Of a DNA stretch of 64,000 nucleotides, positions 1-64,000 are shown one piece after another. The notes under the pieces are model-generated. The model was given only the letters and a program-made list of their open reading frames with translations, had not been told where the DNA came from and made no database searches. The translations under genes were made by a program, and so were the position numbers. This stretch comes from the human T2T-CHM13v2.0 reference genome, Homo sapiens: assembly GCF_009914755.1 (NCBI RefSeq), contig NC_060939.1. One strand, given 5' to 3'. Position 1 is the stretch's first letter. Each line of letters starts with the position of its first letter.

Positions 1-574
1 TTGACTGTACATCCTTAGCAGAATGTACCATAAAACAAAAAAATTCTGCAAAAAAGCTTAAATTATGTTCAGAATCATGTTATTATAAAAATATCTATAT
101 TATTATTCTGAAACTTATATGCACATAGATAGCAAATAACTATGTTCATGCCATGAGAATCCAAACATTTCATTATAAGACACAAACTTGACATCTAAGA
201 AGAAAGAACCCTATAATCTATATGTGCATGAGAAATAGCAGGGTAAACTCCTAAATTCTAAGGAAAAAAAATTTCCTAATTCCATTCATTGCAATAGTCT
301 AGAAATTATGACAAGATTAGTACCAATGAGGATCCTGGTGCCCAAACTATAGTTTCTAAATATTATTCCCCACTAAAAGGAAGCAGAATGCTTTGGAGGA
401 ATGGTCATTTCCAGGTCTGGGGCAGGAAATGTACAAGATGACCCTTAAACATTTTGTAGTACCAGAAAGCAAGAAAACTATCAAGAAATAATGCCAGAAG
501 AATTCAGAAACCTGAAGAAGTTCCCATTTGTGAAAGAACAATCTGAGCATCCATAAAAATAAACCAAGAGAATG

Positions 575-3103
575 ATGCCAGCAAGATGGCTGCTAGACAC
601 ACCTGGCATTCATCCTCCGAAAAGAAAGGACCAAGGCAATGAACAAACAGCTAAGATTTGACTGGAGTGTCAAAGGGAGAGCACTAGAGTGCAGCAGGGG
701 AGTGGAGATGCACCTGTGGTGACTGCAAGTCTAGGAGAGCAGTGTGGAGGTACCCGGCCTCTGCAGCCCTATCTCCCCCACCCAGACTGGATCTGCCCAC
801 AGTCAGGAAGAACTTCTCATTGCAGAGGGGAAAAGGTAAACAGAAGATCCCCATCAGCCCTCATGGCCACCACAAACATCTACAGTCCTTACAACAGAAG
901 AATCCCATAGTACTTGCAAGCCCTGTGTCCAGTTTGGAGAGACGTCAGAAGTTCACGCAACGGCACTGACCCAGATTAGGAGCATAAGGTGTGTGCCCTC
1001 CACCTACCGCCAGTGAGCCAAGCTGCTGCAGCACAAGCACTATCTTGAGACCAGTCACCTCTGGCATGCGCACTGCTCTGGGGGCCAGGAGTCACTGTAC
1101 CTCTCCAACACTGGGGACCCGTCTTCATTCCAAGCCTACATGGGTAGCTGAATGCTACAATCCCAGCTATGCAGAGCCTAGGACCACGACTGGCTATGAC
1201 TTTGGTCCTGCATGGCAGGGAAATCAACCCCTACCATCACACTTTTGGTCAGAGAAACAATCTGGCAGTCTTGCCCAGGGTGAACCTGCCCTTGAGCCAG
1301 CCAAACCACTACATACATACCCTCCCCCAAATGGGAGAGGTCTCCAAGCCTACGAGCAGCTGATATGCCCCCAGGCCAGCAAAGCAGCTACATGCCCACA
1401 CTCAGGACCTCAGAAACAGCGTGCAGCGCCCCTGCTCCCTGCACTCAGAGTTCTGGCCTGCCAAAGGCCCTGCGCCTGCAATCAAAGCCTGAGAAATAGT
1501 CCTTCGGGCCGCCCCTGGCAGCACACCACCAGGCCAGCCAAGCAGCCAAGAGCCCACTTCCACGGCCCTGTGGGCTATCCCTGGTGGACACATCCCAGCC
1601 TGGTCAAACAGCCCTGCAGGCTGCTCCCAGTGTGCACACCCCTTAGCCAGCTGAACAGCCTTGCACCAGTCTCAGACCTGAGAAATAGCCCCATGAGCCC
1701 CTAACAGAAACGCCCCCATGCCAGCTGAGCAGCCTTATGCCCACACCTCAGGCCTGAGGAGCAGCCTCACTGCCACCCCAGCTAACATAGTACCAGACCA
1801 GCTGAGCAGCCCTGCACCTGCATCACAGGTATACAAATAACCCATGGGCAACACCTGCAGAAACACCCCCAGGCCAGCTGAGCAGCCATGCAATCGTGTC
1901 ATGGGCCTGAGAAATAGCCTTATCCCCACCCCTAACAGACAAAACCCCAGGCCAGCTGAGTAGCCGTGAGGCCACATATGAGCCCTGTGGGCTGCTTCTG
2001 GCAGGCACACCTCCAGGCTGGCCAAGTGACCATGTACCCACACTCCTGGCCAGAGTAACAGACCTGTGGCCCCAATCCCAGCCAACCAGACCCTAAGCTG
2101 GCTGACCCATTGTGTGCACATATGCACCCCAACCTGAAAAACTGCCCAGCGAGCCCACCTGGCAAAGCTACATGGCCATCACCGCAAACTCTTTCAGCCT
2201 AGGCAACTGAGAGGATTGCAAATGCCACTAATGTGGATTACAGGTGAAGAAGCTACATGGAGACTACACTACTGTATCCATCTAACCAATGCACTCCACC
2301 AAACCAACACCTCAGGACCTATTCATAGTAACAAGTCTTTCCCTATGAAACCTACTCCATAAAATTAGAAGAGGCAACTTTTTCTGCCAGATACATAGAA
2401 ATCAATGTAGAAACACACCAACCATGAGAAAGCAAGGAAATATGACACCAAAGGAAAAGAATGGAAAGGAAAATACTAATTCTCCAGTAACAGACCTTAG
2501 TCACAAGGAAACATGAAATGCCAGAAAAATAATTCTTAAGGAAATCATAGTCTTAAGGAAACTCATTCAGATACAAAAGAATACAGATATACAACTAAAT
2601 GAAATCAGGTAAAGAATACATGATGTGAATTTGAAATTCACCAAGGAGATAGATATCATACAAAAGAACCAAACAGAAATACTAGAGCTAAAAAATTCAA
2701 TGAATGAAATAAAAAATATAATCAAGAGCTTCAACAACAGACTAGATCGAGCAGAAGAAAGAATTTCTGAACTTGAAAACAGGTCTTTTGAAATAACTCA
2801 GGCAAACCAAAAAAAAAAAAAAAAAAGGAAGAAGGAGGAACAGAAAAAAAAGAATGAAGAAAGCCTACAGGATTTATGGGACACTATTAAGTAAACAAAT
2901 ATTCATATTATGGGCATTCCAGAAGAAGAAGAAAAGGGAAAAGGTGAGGAAAACACATTTAATAAAGTAACAGCCCAAAATTCCCAAGTCTTGGGAAAGA
3001 GATAGGCATCTAGGTCCAGGGTGTTCAAATACTCCCAAATAGATTCAACCTAAAAAGATCCTCTCCAAGGCACATGGTCAAGTTGTCAAAAGTCAAAGAC
3101 AAG
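575..3103 (+). mobile_element. Old L1 (L1M-type) 5' end: 5'UTR with tandem array plus decayed ORF1, 3'-truncated
   Basis: caagatggc YY1-like start; ORF1 remnant from ~2424 (QKNQTEILELKNSMNEIKN...LQDLWDTIK); ends abruptly at aagtcaaagacaag. Confidence 0.85.
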
Positions 3104-3847
3104 GATCTCCTCATTTTTATTCCCAAAAGGTAGCCAGTGACCAATGACCAGTATTTCATTTCTTATGATTTGTTTCAGGAAACAACCAAAGGAAATGGAG
3201 GAGGCAGACATAACATGTGTGCACATTCAGGTGCATGTTTGTACAACATACATATGCCAAATGCAACAAGAACCACACTGCTGTGCATCTTACTTTTTTT
3301 CACTTAAAAATACAGCACATATTAACATATGTATCTACCTCAATTTTTAATGACACACTGTTTCTATATGTGGATATATTAAAACGTATTTAACTATTCT
3401 ATTGACAAAAACTTAAAATGTTCCATTCCTTTCAAATTATTGAAAACAATGCTGATAAATATCCTTTAAGTGCTTGTAATATCTAAATTATTTAGGATAA
3501 CAAGGAAAAAAGAAAATTTACCACAGAGGCATAAAGTTTTTCCAGGCCCATGTGACAAACCAATACGTGTAACAGCCAAAATTTCCATTTAAAAAAAATG
3601 GCTATATGATTATGTAAAAAGAGCTACAGAATGTGGCAAACATTTTGTATGCTTGTTAAATATATACGTAATTAGAATAGGATGGTAATCCTATCTAATC
3701 CTTTAGACACACAAGAAATTTTAATAATAAATTCTCAAAGTTGAAAAGCAAATCTGGTAATGATTTTTCTTAATCTAAGTGAACATTAGTTCAGAAAGTA
3801 TCTCTTCCTTTAAAAAAGAAAAAAAAGAAATCCACAAAACGTCCTAC

Positions 3848-63563
<59,716 letters not shown>

Positions 63564-64000
63564 CTAACAACAAAGAGAAATAAATAAAGGTTAATGTGAA
63601 TATCAATCCCATTAACTAATTAATATTTTGGTTCTTCATGCATAAAGATAACATTAGTGCAAAACACTATGGAAAAAAGGAATCAATCAAAGAGCTTGAA
63701 ATCATATATAGCATCACTGTGAACATCATAAGAACCGGGAAATTGTTTTGAAAAAAGAAATAGAAATTACTGCCAGATTATACATTCAGGCTCTAGAGGA
63801 TTATTAGTATCTCCTAAACAAAACATACAAACTAAACAGCAAAAGAAAACCTAATCATTGCAAATTAGAGAATGACCATAATAAAAGATCATTAAATGTA
63901 ATTAAACTATCTGGCTTATGGCAGTAGTTTCATCACTTTACATCCTCCTTCCTATAACCCAAACAGTTACAAACAAATAATTATCTTCATCATAAAACTG

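Noticed and set aside
991-1704. 237-aa plus-strand ORF and overlapping ORFs
   Set aside because: GTG start, lies in the GC-rich tandem L1 5'UTR, and no recognisable domain; stop depletion is expected from composition

Overview
Primate (most likely human) genomic DNA from the interior of DMXL2 (Rabconnectin-3 alpha, a WD40/Rav1p_C V-ATPase regulator), transcribed on the minus strand. I traced 16 consecutive coding exons (63563 down to 3848). All have GT-AG boundaries and mutually consistent phases, and they splice into one uninterrupted 4736-nt reading frame. From memory of the human mRNA these are exons 8-23, about c.747-5482; the start and stop codons lie outside the window. The introns are dense with repeats: about 20 Alus, a near full-length old L1MA nested in an older L1, a 3-kb L1PA, an L1 5' end with a ~76-bp tandem array, MaLR LTRs, MER/hAT/MADE1 DNA elements, L2/MIR/CR1 remnants and a tiny U6 retrocopy. 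I see no evidence of a new protein-coding system. The best leads are RNA-level: an exon 17+18 in-frame cassette with the only AAG acceptors and flanking inverted Alus, an Alu-bracketed 264-nt exon pair that could form a stop-free circRNA, two candidate poison splice events in intron 19, a MADE1 hairpin, and several template-switch repair scars. Repeat subfamily names and exon numbers are from recall, and boundaries of old repeats are approximate.
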